DNA of 64,000 nt from Isurus oxyrinchus (GCA_026770705.1 JANJGN010000041.1:2914001-2978000); one strand, 5' to 3'. Counted from the stretch's first letter, positions 38,906-52,410 are shown. Notes: generated by a model not told the origin, from the sequence alone. Numbers and translations are program-made.

Positions 38906-38972
38906 TCCTCGTTAGTATAGTGGTGAGTATCCGGACAGGCGGGAGATGGGGGTTCAATTCCCCGACAGGGTG
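38906..38972 (+). pseudogene. tRNA-Asp pseudogene with destroyed anticodon arm
   Basis: 5' half perfect (TCCTCGTTAGTATAGTGGTGAGTATC), B box GGTTCAATTCC retained, anticodon arm shortened by 5 nt to CGGACAGGCGGG. Confidence 0.88.
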
Positions 38973-40859
38973 ACAAATCTTTGTGCGAGGTGGAACGTTT
39001 GCTCACGCTTCTGATTCGTAAACGGGCTTCATGTCCACATGGTGATCGATCTAAACAGCATCGACACAGCATTTCTGACAGAAGGCAGATTTGACAAATA
39101 TATACCAGGAGCACATTTTCATGACAGTTCTGGTTATGAATTTCAACTGTGTCCAATGGCCATTTCCACCAGCATTCGGTCTTCTTCCACCGTGTGAGCT
39201 TCCCCAAAATAACGCATGGCCATGTGTACTCTTCCCACTCTACCAAAACAAACAGACATTAGCGATGACAACAGCACCAGCCTTGAAAGATTTAAGTAAT
39301 AATCGCTGAGGCCGAAACACTTCACATCCCGCCCCGATTGAGTTGCAAGGCTAACTGACGACGACACCCACCAGGCACGGACACAGCAGCATGTCGCCTG
39401 TACCCGATGCTGCTGAATCCTGAAGTAGAGTTGTGATGGCCAGATTGCCAAAGGAAATGTAAGCAATGCGTTTTGCTGGGTTCAAAACTGGCAAACTCAG
39501 TAAAGAAATAACATTTAAAGGTACGTACATTTCCATTACTTGCAATGAATAGGAAAAATAAAATCTTAATTCAAGAGATACTTATTTAATCGCACATCCC
39601 CCTTCTTTCACGTCATTCCTGAATTTGTAAATTACTTGTGGTATCTGAACACTTCCCTTGGGCGCATAAAAAATCAAACCGAAGGAAAGAGCAACCTTGC
39701 ATGCAGTCTCCTCTAAAGGCCGAGCGCGTAATGTGTAAAAGCAAAGTTTCGCCAAAAATGCCCTGGTTCTGTTAGCAGGGCCTCAAATCGTTGCCTCCTG
39801 GAAACTCACAAAACTGCAACTAAAGTTCTGACTGCCAAAATGTTACTGGACTTCAAACGCCGCTGTATATGCCCTTCTGGGTAAATTGCGTTAAAAGATG
39901 AGATGAACTATTCGAATTGGCCTTTGCCTGCAGCCCGGGTAATGGATGGCCTGTGCCTCGCAAGTAAGACCTTCTCTCTGTAGTGTCAAATTACACGCTG
40001 GGTGAGACAACAGGTCATTTGCCTCAAAATGAAAAATTACTGGAAAATATCACACGGCCTGATAGCATCTGTCGAGAACCAGAGAGGGTTGTCGTTTCGA
40101 CTCCATTGCAGTCTACATCAGAACGGTCATTTGTCAACTTTGTTCCGACGTATTTGCTTATGTTGCTGTAAACAGCCTAAACCTCACCTCCTTTATGCAC
40201 TTCTCGGTAGGCAGTTAAAATTCAGCCTGAAATGAAAACAGAGCTGCGTATGATCTATCCAATAGCCCCATACAATTCTGATTCAAAATATGCTTCCCCC
40301 ATGCAGCCTCTGCTTCCCTGATCTCCTTGCCCGCTGTTAGTCCTGCCTTCTGCATCTACATGGTTCCTGCCGCTGCACTGAGTCTTTCTCTCTGAAGAGG
40401 ACTCCCCGAAGTTTTTAGAATTCAGAATGGACCAACTGGTGATTTGGAAACATTGTTCCGCCATGTTTGCTTATGTTGCTGAGTGGAAATGAATAAATAA
40501 ACTTTTATTTACTCGTTTTACATGTGATGTTTTGAGTCCCACCCCATGACTGTTGTCTGGATAATGGAATTGGAGTGCGGAGCATGGCTGCAGGAAATTA
40601 GCGCCTAAAGCAGTATTCCTTATCAGACTTTGCGAGTGACACAATGAGGCGAATAGCCGATTAAGAATCAAATTTGCTTCTCGTTGACGGGGAAAACTGA
40701 CATGATTGAATAAGTTAGGAGAGGGATGATGCCTCCAGTGTATTTCCTTGTAAGGTAAATTTATGAATTGTGCAGGCAAACTGGGTAAGTGTTGCTTCAA
40801 AATGGAAATCCCACGGCAACTCAGAATCTCACTGGCTCTCGGGACATGTCACAGGCCTG

Positions 40860-40932
40860 TCCTCGTTAGGATGGTGGTCAGTATTCCCCGACTGTCACAC
40901 TGGAGACGGTGGCTTAATTCCCCCACGGTGAA
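40860..40932 (+). pseudogene. tRNA-Asp(GTC) pseudogene, degenerate
   Basis: TCCTCGTTAGGATGGTGGTCAGTATTCCCCGACTGTCACACTGGAGAC...TAATTCCCCCACGG. Confidence 0.78.
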
Positions 40933-41790
40933 TTCGTCCTTGTTCGAAAAGTGTGCGGCAGAAGCCATGTTGACGATTTTGCATTAAGTGTTTAGATTTC
41001 TCTTTTGTCAGTTACCATTCAGCGTGAAATTCAATCACCGTTACCGACCGTTTCTTCAATGGACTGACACAATTAGCTGTCAAAACATTCTATCGTCTTG
41101 CATCCTTTGGTTCCAAGAAATCAATGCGTCCTGCATGTCTTCCCTTCTGCAACTAAAGGTTTCAAAAAGATTTGTGACTTTTAATCTGCCGATCGATCTT
41201 CTTCCTTATTTCCTGTCCTTAAAACTGACCTAGAACATTGAAGTTTTTATCTTTATTATTTTTGTATATGAACGCTACCAAACATGGCTCGTGCCGCTGC
41301 ACTGAGCTGTTCTCTCTGAGGAGCCTGCACGGCAACAATAAACACCCACTGAGCGCGCCAGCTGCTGATTTGAGAAGGTGTTTTCGGACCTGTTTGCTTT
41401 TGTTGCTCAGTGGGAATGAATAAACAATGTCTTTTACTGGTTTCAGGTGATGTTTTGCCTCCGCCCAAATGATTGTAAATTGTGCTGAAAATGGAAATGG
41501 AGCCAATAGCGGGCCTGCAGGGTGTAGGCGACTGAAGTAGATGGATGGCTACAAACTTTGCAAGTGATCAAATGAGACAAATTGTGAGTGATGTAGCACC
41601 TTTCCTTCTGCATGAAGGGCAAAACTGAAATGATGGATTGATGACCTGGAGGGAAGTTGCGCGCCGCGTATTTCTCTTGAATATAAACATCTGGATTGAG
41701 CAGGAAAACGGGGCAATTTGTACATCAAAACTGAGAGCCGAGGGCAAATTGAAATCTCACTAGTCGACTGCATGACCACTGGCCGAGCTC

Positions 41791-41860
41791 TCCTCGTTAG
41801 CATTGCGGTTAGTATCCTTACTTGTGACGCAGGAGACCGGGGTTTATTAACCGGGAAGGA
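41791..41860 (+). pseudogene. tRNA-Asp-derived pseudogene, degenerate
   Basis: TCCTCGTTAGCATTGCGGTTAGTATCCTTACTTGTGACGCAGGAGACCGGGGTTT, followed by a T-run near 41867-41871. Confidence 0.75.
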
Positions 41861-43799
41861 AATCCCTTTTTCCAAACATTAGACATTGACAGCTTTTCAT
41901 TCGCAAACCGCTTTTCACTCCCACGTGGGGGTGCATCATAATGTTCCCGCACTCAGCATGGCGTACAGGACCCAGATTTGCGTAAAACAAATATGAGCTA
42001 ACTTGCTGGACAGAGCAGTAGATCACAATCTCCCGTGGGAATCAGCCGTTTGCCCCATCATCGCCCATGGCTTGTCGCATTATGTAACCATAGCCGCTTT
42101 TGCATGGAGACAATGCATTTCTTATGTGTCCATGACATATTCCTGAAACGACATGTTTTGGAAACGACAACGGCACAAGTTACGACAGATTTTGCAACGA
42201 AACTCAAAGCCAATTTACTTCACAACCTGACACTAATGAGGATCGAGCACTGACTGACTACAACATGTTCAAGGCAGAGTCACAGCTCCAAATCAATTGC
42301 ATCGTATGCGGTTAAAGCCTAAATTAAGGCCGCGATGGCTAGACTGTCATCTACAATGAACACAATGAACGTTAGTGAACTATGAACAGAAGAACACAGA
42401 AAGGAAAACACATTGAGGCAAGTAAATTCAAATTATGTGCAATAAATATGAAATAAGCAAACATTGTTCAATTATATTCTCATCCAATCACTGTTCTCCC
42501 TCCATTCTCTGCATTGCTTCGTGTGTAACTTCCTTAGGGAATACGGACACTTCCCTTGAGTACATTACAATTCAGTCAGAAGTAAATAAAAAAAAAAACA
42601 TTGGATGCTGTTTCTTCAAGAGGCCAAAATAATTATGTTTTAAAATAAACGTTCCCCGAGCAGGCCCTGGTTCTCTCGCCTGGTAACTCGCCTTTCTGTA
42701 ACTAAACTACTCTTTCTGATCATGTTCCTGGATTTTAAAATCATATCTTTACCCTCTTCAGAAAATGCTGTGCTTATATGGGAGCAAAAATATTCCAGTT
42801 CATCTTTGCATGTGGCAGCTGTCATGCATGTTTGCTGCCGCATCACTGAAAATTTATCTCTCCAGTGTGATGCCGAGAAACCTAAAATATCCACAGGGTG
42901 CATCAATCTGTGACTTCCCAATTTGCTTCTGGCGTGTTTGCTTATGTTGTTCTGAATTCAGGCTTTCCTTAGAGGATTTAGACTTCTCTATTGACAGCTA
43001 ACATTCAGCCTGAAATCAAAACACCCTTGCAAAAAATTGTTAACTGGACTGAAACAATTCTGCGTTGCAACATACCTTCCTCACTCAGTCCCTGGTTCCG
43101 GGAAATGATTAAGCCGCTGATTGCCCACCCTTCTGCAAGTAAATGTCCAGAAAATATTCATGACATTTAACCCCTCGATTGAGTGCCTTCTTTAATTTCT
43201 GTGCTGAATACTGACCATGAGCATTCCAGTTCTTTTATTTCACATGTCGCCGCTTTCAGACATGGCTCCTGCCGCTGCACTAAGCATTTCCCTCCGAAGG
43301 GAGCCAGGAAGGGTTAAAAATTCAGAGTGCGCCGGCCGCTGATTTGTAAATCTTGGTTTGGACAGAGTTTGCTTATGTTGCTGAATGGAAGTGAATAAAC
43401 CATGTTTGTTTCCTGTTTCATATGACATTTTGAATCCGACTGCTGATGGGCGTTGCCCTCGAAATGGAAATGCAGCGCATATCGGGTCTGCAGATGGCGG
43501 GCAACTGAAGTAGATGGGCGGCTTCAATGTTTCCAAAGACTACATGAGGCAATGTGTAGCTAATAATGCATCTTGGCTTGAGGATAAAGGGCAAGAAACG
43601 ACTGAGCAATGATCTAGAAAGATGATACTTCGTGTGTGATTCATTGGAATGTACCTTTCTGAATAGTGCATGAAGATTGGGATAGTTCCAGAGCTCAGTT
43701 TCCCGAGAGGGACATAAACCTTTGTTCACACCGTGAAGCAAGGACTTATGTTTTTGATTCGCAAATCAGTTTTCCTTGTCACGCAGAGATCATGTTAAA

Positions 43800-46700
43800 G
43801 GTCATGCACTCAGCAGGATTATAATAAGTTGCTTGGTTGATAAGAATGTGTCTTTCAGAATTGGGTCAGAGGTGATGATTGGTGAGTGGCAGGTGAGTAA
43901 TTACGTGATAGATTTCTGTCCTAAACAAGTCACATACAGTTTGAGGTATGTCTGTGTTGCTCGGACATGTGGAATGTGCACTCTGTGGGATGTGGGAAAT
44001 CGTGCAGGCACAAAGTGGTCTCGATGTCTACATCTGTAGGAAGTGTAACCAGCTGCAGAAACTTCAGCTCCGGGTTGCGGAACTCCAGTGGCGGCCATAG
44101 TTGCTGCGGTGCATCCAGGAGGTTGAGTATTACGTGTAAAGCACCTTTAGAATGGAGGTCACACCACATCGAAGTAGTCCACCGTTACTGCTGGACTGAA
44201 TGGCCACCAGGGTAAGTGGGAGAAACAGGAATATGGTGCTAGAATTCACTGAGTTTATCTAGCTCAATAAATGTGTTTTTCTTTGTCACGTTTTGGATGC
44301 TGGTGGACGAGATTGTTCCTCAGGGATATGCAGGAAGAGTCAAATTGTTTGGAAGACTGGTGTCTCAGCTACACAGCATGAGAGGAGAATGAGTGAATGT
44401 GCTACATACGTAGAGAATTCCATAGCTAGGGGAGCAGACAGCATTTTCTGGCGCCATAGATGTGACTCCATGATTTAATGTTGCCAGTCTGATAGCAGGG
44501 CCATGGATGTCACAGAGTTGCTGCAGTACTTTTCTCTTTCTGGAGGAGGGTGAATCCCCAGATGTGGTGGGCCAAGTTGGGACCAAGGGCATAAATATAA
44601 AAAATGATGAGGTCTTGAAGGCATTTTTTAGGGAATTGGAAAGAGAATTACAAAGCTGTACCACAAGAGCAGCAACCTCATTAATACTCCCAGTAATACT
44701 TGCTAGTGAACAGAAGAACGGACCGATTAGGCTGTTCAACACGTGGCTGCAGAAATGCATTATTTGGAAAGGATTTTTATTTCTGAGTTAATGGGACCAG
44801 TTATGGGGCAGCTGGAGCCTTTAATTACATGCAAGTTACAGCTCAACAGAGCCGGGAGACGAATGTCCTCGTGGGAAGTTTTGCTGGTGCTGCTGGGAGA
44901 TTTAAACTACTTTGGCGTGGGGAGGGAAGCCAGAGGGTTTTCCAAGATGGAGTGGAGAAATAAAAACCTGCCATTGGGAATTAGAGAAATATTCAGTGAA
45001 ACGTAGGGTATATCAGACAGCAGCCTTAAAATAAATCGAATACTTGGAGAGCTTTATAGAACGAGAAGCAGCAAAAGGACATTGTTAGATGAAGTCAGGA
45101 TAAGGGCGTTTTTTTAAGCCTAAATCAGGCTTAACGTGTATGTATATGAATGCACGTGTTATCATTGTTAAGACAGATGAAATAAAGCACAGTTTGACAA
45201 ATAGGATTATGAAATTATTGTGACAACAGAAGCCTGCCTCAAAGAAGGGCCCCCCTAGTTGTTAAATCTTCCTGGGTAAAACATTGTCCAGGAGAGACAG
45301 GAAAGGAAGAAATGCGTCGCTGTGTGTGGCGGTGGCGTGACAGGGAATAGGAAGCTGCACAGTGGCATTATTATTTAGAGATAACATATGAATTCTGGAG
45401 ATGCACATTGTGCAAAGGTGTTCATGGGTGGAACTTCAGTGTTTTGAGAGAGGCAATTAAAAAGGTGCAGTAAGATAGAGTGGTGTTGTATACTATAGGA
45501 GTGTAGAAAAACACATTTCCAAAAAAAAGGGAGGTGGGAGAAATGCAGGGAAAGTATACTGGGGACCATAAATTACTCCAACATGGACTTGATTGGGAGT
45601 AATGCAAATGGACAAGAGGGGTGAGAGCTCCTGCAAAGTCTTCAGGATCACATTCTGCAGCAGCATTTTTCCATTCGAACTGGAAGGCAAACACTGTTGG
45701 AACTCGTTCTGTAGATTGTGTAGGTCAACTGAATGAAGTATCAGCAGGAGAATATTTAGGCACCATGAACATTGCAGCGTAACGTTGGTCATGCAAAACG
45801 ACAAGCTAATATCCAGAGCTTGGATAATTAATTAGGACAAAGCCAACAACGGTTAGATGAGTTTGCATATCAGTCGAATGAATTGGAATCAAACATTGCG
45901 CAAAGAAAATTGGATGACAAAGGCCCGCGGTCAAAGAAAAAGTTTTGCAGCATCTTCAAGGTATATTTCATTCAAGGGGAAAGGTAGGACAAATAAACTC
46001 AATGCCATTAATGATGAGAAAGGTAGAAGTGAAACTGAAAGGATGCATTGTCCATGCAACACATCCTAGGTAGAAAATACAACGGAGAATCAAGCCGAAT
46101 GTAGAAGCCCCAGAGCTAATGTAAAGAAACTAAGTACGAAAGCAAATAGCGATTATAAAAGGAGACTGGCAGCATCGTCAGACACAATCCCAATGTCTTC
46201 CATAAGAAGATAAATAATGGGTTGGAGGTAGAAGAGAGAATATGGACGATTAAGGGTAATAAAACAGGACTTACACATGGAAGCGGGAGAAATCGCAGAG
46301 TTACTGAACGAATACTTCGGACCTCAGGTCACAAAGGAAGAAGCTGCTGCCCAGGCCTAGGCAAGAAAGTAGCAATCTATTAGACCAGAAAATTTATTAT
46401 TGAGAACGTGCAGGTGTTAGAAAGGCTTCTTCGCCTTTAAATTGATAAGATGATTGATAGGCATCCAAGTGCAACAAAGGATTTGAGAATGGAAATTCCA
46501 GTCTTTGTTAGACACAAGGGCGGTGCTGGAGGACTGGCGAGTTGTGAATGTTACACCGACGTTCTATTGTTGGGAAACCTGTGTAATCACGAGATCAGGG
46601 CTAAATCAATAGCCCACATTTATAATTCCAAGACAATTACGGAAAGCCAGTATGAACAGCTTGAGGAAAAATCATGTTTATCAACTTGTTGAACATCTTT

Positions 46701-47895
46701 GAGGAAGTAGCAGAGAAGCTTGATAAAGATAAACCAGTTCATGCAGTGTCCATGTATGTTCAAAAAGCATTTGAAAAATGCAGCACAAGTGACCAATATT
46801 CTAGCTTATGGGGTAAAATCTTAAGTAGGTTCTGGGATAAGATGTTATCTGAGAAGCAACAAACAGAGAACAGTGGTAAATGTTTTTTCATAGGAAGAAT
46901 GATTGTAGTGCAGTTCCCTTGTAGTCTGCGTTAGGAGCCTTGATCTCCCTGGTGAATATTAATGAGCTAGACTGTGGTGTTCATGGCAAGATTTCAAAAT
47001 TTGCAGGAGATACGAAAATTGCAAATGTTGTCAACTCTGATGAGGATGGTCCTTAATTTCAAAAGAGTGCAGAAATATTTCTGGACTTGGAAGGACAGTG
47101 GGTGACCAAGTCCAATGCAGAGATGTGTCAGATAGTCGTTTTCGCAGGAAGAATATGGAGAGAAAGCATAAAGGGCGAAAATCTAAATGAGCTTCAGGAA
47201 ATTAAGGACCTTTTTATATGTCCCCATAACCTATTGAAGACGGCAGGGCATGGTTAGAGCGGTGAATAAAGCCTTTGATATCTTTGGTTTTGTTAATAGG
47301 CGCACTGAACACAACAGTGAGGACGGCAAGTGGACAATTCATAAGGCAGGGATAAGGTCTCAACTGGAGCGTCACATCCAGTTCCCGCCGCCATACTTGA
47401 GGAAGGCCTTGGAGACATTGGAGAGAGTAGAGCAGATAATCAAAATTATGATTGCGGGTAAAGAACTATAGCTCTGAGGATAGATGGGGGAATTTCGTCT
47501 CTTTAGCTTAGAGAAAAGAAGGCTGAGAGAAGGCTTGAGAAAGGAAATCATGATCCTGAGTTGTATAAACAAGTAAACAGTGGGAATGTTTTCCAACTCA
47601 AGAGAGCATCAAAAATGAGAGGGCATAGAATCAAAGATTGCAACATGAGTAAAAGTGATGTGAGAATTTTTTTTTCAATCAGTGATTGGTTGCAATCTGG
47701 GACAATCTCCCTGAGGGGATGGTGGAGGTAGATTGAAGAAAGGCATTGAAAAAGCGAATTGAATTCCTAACTGAAAAGAATTACAGTGCAGCTTTACGGG
47801 TTTAAGGCAGGGGAGTGGAAGATGATGAAATGTTCTTTCAGAGAGTCAGTGCAGACTCGCCGTCCGAATAATCTCCTTTTGCATCATAAGGATTC
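43800..47895 (+). mobile_element. Near full-length degenerate CR1 LINE (ORF1 zinc finger + SGNH esterase, ORF2 endonuclease/RT, 3' UTR)
   Basis: ORF1 remnants YICRKCNQLQKLQLRVAEL, SIARGADSIF and PDVVGQVGT..I......VL...F.EL; ORF2 MYMNAR, LLNIFEEV...D....V..V.M..QKAF.K, IRSQLE...QF..PYLRK...LERV; CR1-type tail. Confidence 0.85.
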
Positions 47896-47914
47896 AGGGT
47901 TTTTCTGAATGTGT

Positions 47915-50900
47915 TACGGAGCTGGGGGCTGTCACTGACTGATTAGATTGGGTGACTGTCACAATGGTTACACAGCTGGTGACTGTAACTTCGGTAACAA
48001 ATTGTGGTGGAGAGTGCAGCACTGTGTAGATGGAATAGGGTGCAGGCACTCTGCTTACACAGCTAAGGGATGTCAGTATAGTGAAAGGATGTGGGGACTG
48101 TCGCTATTGTTGCTGTGCCAGAGGGTCATCACTATGAAAAACGGATTGGGCGAAATGTTACTCAGGTTACAGAGCTGGGGAACAGACATTAAAGTAATTG
48201 ATTGGTAAATTGTCCCTCAGGCTACAGAACCAGGGGCCAATCGGTATAGGAATTGATTGAGGAAGCCATCACTCATGTAACAGTGCCAGAGTTCACTCAT
48301 GCGTTGCATTGGCTGAGCAGACTATCACACAGGTTACAGAGCAGGGGTCCAAACATCATAGCAAATAATTGTGGAGACTGCCACTCAGGATACAGATCCG
48401 GGAATGGTCACTATCACAATTGATTGGTTAGACAGTCACGTTACAAAGCCAGGGGCCACACACGCATTAAATACATTGGCAAGACTGTCACTCAGGTTAC
48501 AGAGACGGGGCCCAGTCACTAAAAAAATAGATCGGGGAGCCAGTGACTCAAGGTACGGAGCCAGTGGCTGGTCAGTATCGAAATAGATTGGATTGTCACT
48601 CAGGTTAGTGAAGAAAGGAACCTTCAGAACTCCAAGTGTTTGGTGAGACTGTCACTGAGCTTACAGAGCAGGGGCCAGTCATTCGAGTAATTGATTAGGG
48701 AATCTGTGACTCAGGTTGCATGCCCGCATGACAGTCAGTATATTAATGGATTAGGGAGCCTGTCACCCAGGTTAATGAGCCGTGGAGCAGTTTGTATAAT
48801 AATTAATTGATGAAGCTTTCACTCAGGTTACAGGGCCAGGGATTATTCAGGATTGTAATTCATTGGGGAATCTGTCATTCAGGTTAGAGAGCGAAGGGCC
48901 TCTAAGTACCATAACAGTTTGCGAAGACTGTCACTCACGTTACAGACCAGGGCTCCGTCAGTATAGCGATTGATTGTGGAGTCTGTCACTCATTTTGCAG
49001 TGCCAGTGGTCATTCGGAATCATTATTGATTAGGGTCACAGTCAGTTAGTTTATAGATCCGGTCTACTCATTTATAGCAATGGATTGGGGAGACTGCCAA
49101 ACATGTTACAGAGCAGGGAGCCTGTCACTACAGGAATTAAGTGAAGGGACTTTCTCCCAGGTTACAGAGGCGGCGGGCAGCACAGTGTAGGAATCGATTG
49201 AAGAGACTGTCACCAAGGTTACCGAGCCTGGACCAGTCATCGTGGGAATTTATTGAACAGAATGCCACTCAGATTACAGTGCCACGGGCTTGTCAGTAGA
49301 ATAATTTACTGGGAAGTCTGTCGCTGAGGCATCAAGGATGGGGACCAGTCACAATATTAGTTGATTCGGGAGTCTGTCACCCAGGTAGCAGAGCCGGGTT
49401 TAGTCACTTTTGGAATGGATTTGAATGACTTTGACTCAGATTACAGAGCCAGGGGTCATTCAAGATTGTAATTCATTGGGAGAATGTCAATCAAGTTACA
49501 GGGCCAGAGGTCATTCTCGATAGTATTTGATTTTGGAGAGTGCCAGTCAGGTTACAGAACTGGGAACAGTCACTAACAGAATTGATTGCGGAGATAGTCA
49601 TTCAGAGCCAAGAGCCACTCATGAATCTATAATTTAGTGAGGAGCCTTTCACGCAGGTTACAGAGTCGGTGCCCAGTCAAGACAGCATTTGACTGGGGAG
49701 AATGTCATTCAGGTTAGAGAGTGGGGGCCCAGTCAGGAATGTAATTGACTTCGGAGAATATCTCTCTATGCCTACAGATTCAGTTGCCACAAAGTATTCT
49801 GATTAATTAAGGAAACTGTCACTCAGTTTACAGATCCAGAGAAACTCATTCTAGGAATTGTTTGGGGAAGGTTTTTCTCAGGTTAAAGAGCACGGGGCCA
49901 GGCAATATAGGAATATCTTGAGGACGCTGTTACTCAAGATGCAGAGCCAGAGGTCAGTCAGAAGAGTAAATTTATGAAGAGGCTGTGACTCAGGTTACAG
50001 AGCCAGAGCTCAGTCAGTATCGGAATAGATTGGGGAGACTGGCACTCAGCTAACGGAGCAGGGAGCCTGTCACTACAGGAATTCATTGAGGGACTGTCAC
50101 TCAGGTTACAGAGCTGGATCTCAGTCAGTATCGGAATAGATTGGGGAGACTGGCACTCAGCTAACGGTGCAGGGACCTTGTCACTAAAGGAATTCATTGA
50201 GGGACTGTCACTCAGGTTACAGAGCCGAGGACAGTCACAACATGAATTGATTGTGGAGACAATCACTCAGGAAACAGAGCCACCTATCATTAGCGACCAT
50301 AATTGATTTGAGGAGGCTGTCACTTAAGTCTTTGAGCAAGGCAGCTGTCAATATTCTAATTGATTGGGGAGCCTGTCGCTCTGGCAAAGCAGCCTGGGCC
50401 CAGTCAATAACTTATTTGATCGGGGAGGTTGTGACTTAGGTAACGAAGCCAGGGGCCTGTCAGTATAGTAATAGATTGGGTGGTCACTCAGGTTAGAGGA
50501 ACAGGGGCCCGCCAGAACAGCAAGTGTTTGGAGAGAATGTCGCTCAGGCCTCAGGGCCAGTCAGTACAGTAATTGATATGGGAGCCTCTCACCCAGTTTA
50601 GAGAGCCTGAGACCAGTCTGTGTAGGAATTAATGGATGAGGCAGCCACACAGGTTGCAGAGCCAGGGATAAGTCCGAATTGTAATTGATTGGGGAATCTG
50701 CCACTCAGTTTAGGGGGTGAAGAGCCTCTTCGCACAGCAATAGTTTGCAGAGACTATTACTCAGGTTACAGAACCGGGGCAGAGTCAGTGCAGCGATTGA
50801 TTGGGAAAACATTCACTAATGTTACAGAGCCAGGGCCCTGTCAGTAAAGTAATTGATTCAGGACACAGTCACTCAGGTTACAGAGCCGGGGGCCATTAAT

Positions 50901-51020
50901 GTATTGCAATTTATTAGGGAGACTGCCAATCAGGTTATAGAGCAGGGAGACTGGCTCTGCAGGAATTGATTCAGGACACTAACTTTCAGGTTACAGAGCC
51001 AGAGGCCTGTCAGAATAATA
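47915..51020 (+). repeat. Degenerate ~56-bp satellite (~55 units), consensus ~CACTCAGGTTACAGAGCCAGGGGCCAGTCAGTATAGGAATTGATTGGGGAGACTGT
   Basis: CTCAG unit landmarks at 49989, 50045, 50100, 50156, 50211 (55/56-bp period); motif recurs throughout. Confidence 0.93.
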
Positions 51021-51039
51021 ACTTGGGAAGCACTTAGTG

Positions 51040-51390
51040 CTAGTGGTAGGATGGTGCAGAAATTGAAAGGTTCATCCTGAGGTCTTCTTGAGGCAATATG
51101 TAGATAGATTAACGAGGGACGGGGTAATACTGGACCTGTTATTAGGGAATGAACCCGCCAGGTGGTCCAACTGTCATTGGGCAGTGTTTCGGGAAAAGTG
51201 ACAATATTTCAGTAATTTCAAGGTACTGATGGATAAGGAGAACAGGAGTCTTAGGGTTAAGTTGCTTAATTTGGAAAAGGCTAATTATAAAATATTAGGC
51301 AGGAACTGAGAATTCCAGACTGGAGGTAGATGTTTGAGGGCAATTCAATAACTGACATGTGGGGAGCCTTCAAATGTGAGTTACAACGAA
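51040..51390 (+). mobile_element. CR1 endonuclease-region fragment
   Basis: FLRQYVDRLTRDGVILDLLLGNEP and VKLLN..KANY in hand translation. Confidence 0.7.
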
Positions 51391-51894
51391 TTATTTCTAT
51401 GATCGTGGTCTGCTAATCATCATCTAAGTTAATAGTAACGACAGTGAATAGTTGAGAACATTCTGGCCATCGGCAGCCACAACCTGCCAATCATAATCAT
51501 TGCTGATTGCCCCTAGCATCTTGTTTCTTTCCTCTGAGACTTGGCAAAATTATTCATTGGACTTCATTTCCATCAGTATGAATTTCAGCTAGCAATCTCT
51601 TATACAGGACTTCATCGGGTGTCCACTGCGTGTTGATACACCTAAAGTCCAATGTCAAATTATTGAGTAAGCACTTCAATAAATTTAATGATTTTTTTCC
51701 GGTCATAACCTACAATTTATAAACCAATGATGACTTTCTCTGATTAGCATTAACATCTCTATCTGTCACACATTAGAGAGACTTGTGCTAATTTCCCGAC
51801 AACTAAGGAAAACTAGTCTTACTGGCTGATAATTCAATGGTTTCCTTCTGACATCGTTGTTTAAAGGCGGGAAAAAAAGAAACATTTTCCACAC

Positions 51895-52410
51895 TTAAGG
51901 GCTGGTAGCCAAGTATATGGAGTCATTATGGTGAAACTTGCTAGCACCCCCATGTGGCAGTATATCTTTAGTTTGGTACGGAGCCCAAAACTGCACGCGA
52001 TACTCCAAGTGTGGCCTCATCAAGGTACTATAAAGCCACAGTAAGGCATCATTGATCCTGTACTCAAGTCCCCTGGCAATGAATCCTAACACACCATTTG
52101 CTTTCTCAACTGCTTCCTGAGCCTACAGGGTTGTTTTCAGTGATTGGTATACAAGAACACCTATGTCCTATTTAAATCAAGATTACCAACTTTATTAACA
52201 TTTTTAAAAGTCTGTTCATTATTTTTGTTGCCTAGCAATTTCAATCAATCCACACTTGTAGTCTTTATCTTTCATTTGTCATCAATTTTCCGCTCGGTTT
52301 ACCTGTCTAAATCATCTTGAAGTCTCTTCACACTCTCCTGACCGCTCATATTGAAACCAAGTTCCGTGTTGTTAGCAACAATCGAAATATCACATTTTGT
52401 TCCCACATTC
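51895..52410 (-). mobile_element. CR1 LINE RT C-terminal fragment
   Basis: ORF MLGFIARGLEYR...LL.LY.TL.RPHLEYRVQFWAPY. Confidence 0.8.

Larger units (their letters stand above)
34320..43790 (+). repeat. Decaying tandem array of ~2-kb units, each centred on a tRNA-Asp-derived sequence
   Basis: Shared landmarks such as GCTGCACT(A/G)AG at ~36013, 38103, 40372, 41296, 43272; CACTTCCCTTG at ~35176, 37297, 39650, 42548; tRNA-like sequences at ~34408, 36527, 38906, 40860, 41791. Confidence 0.88.
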
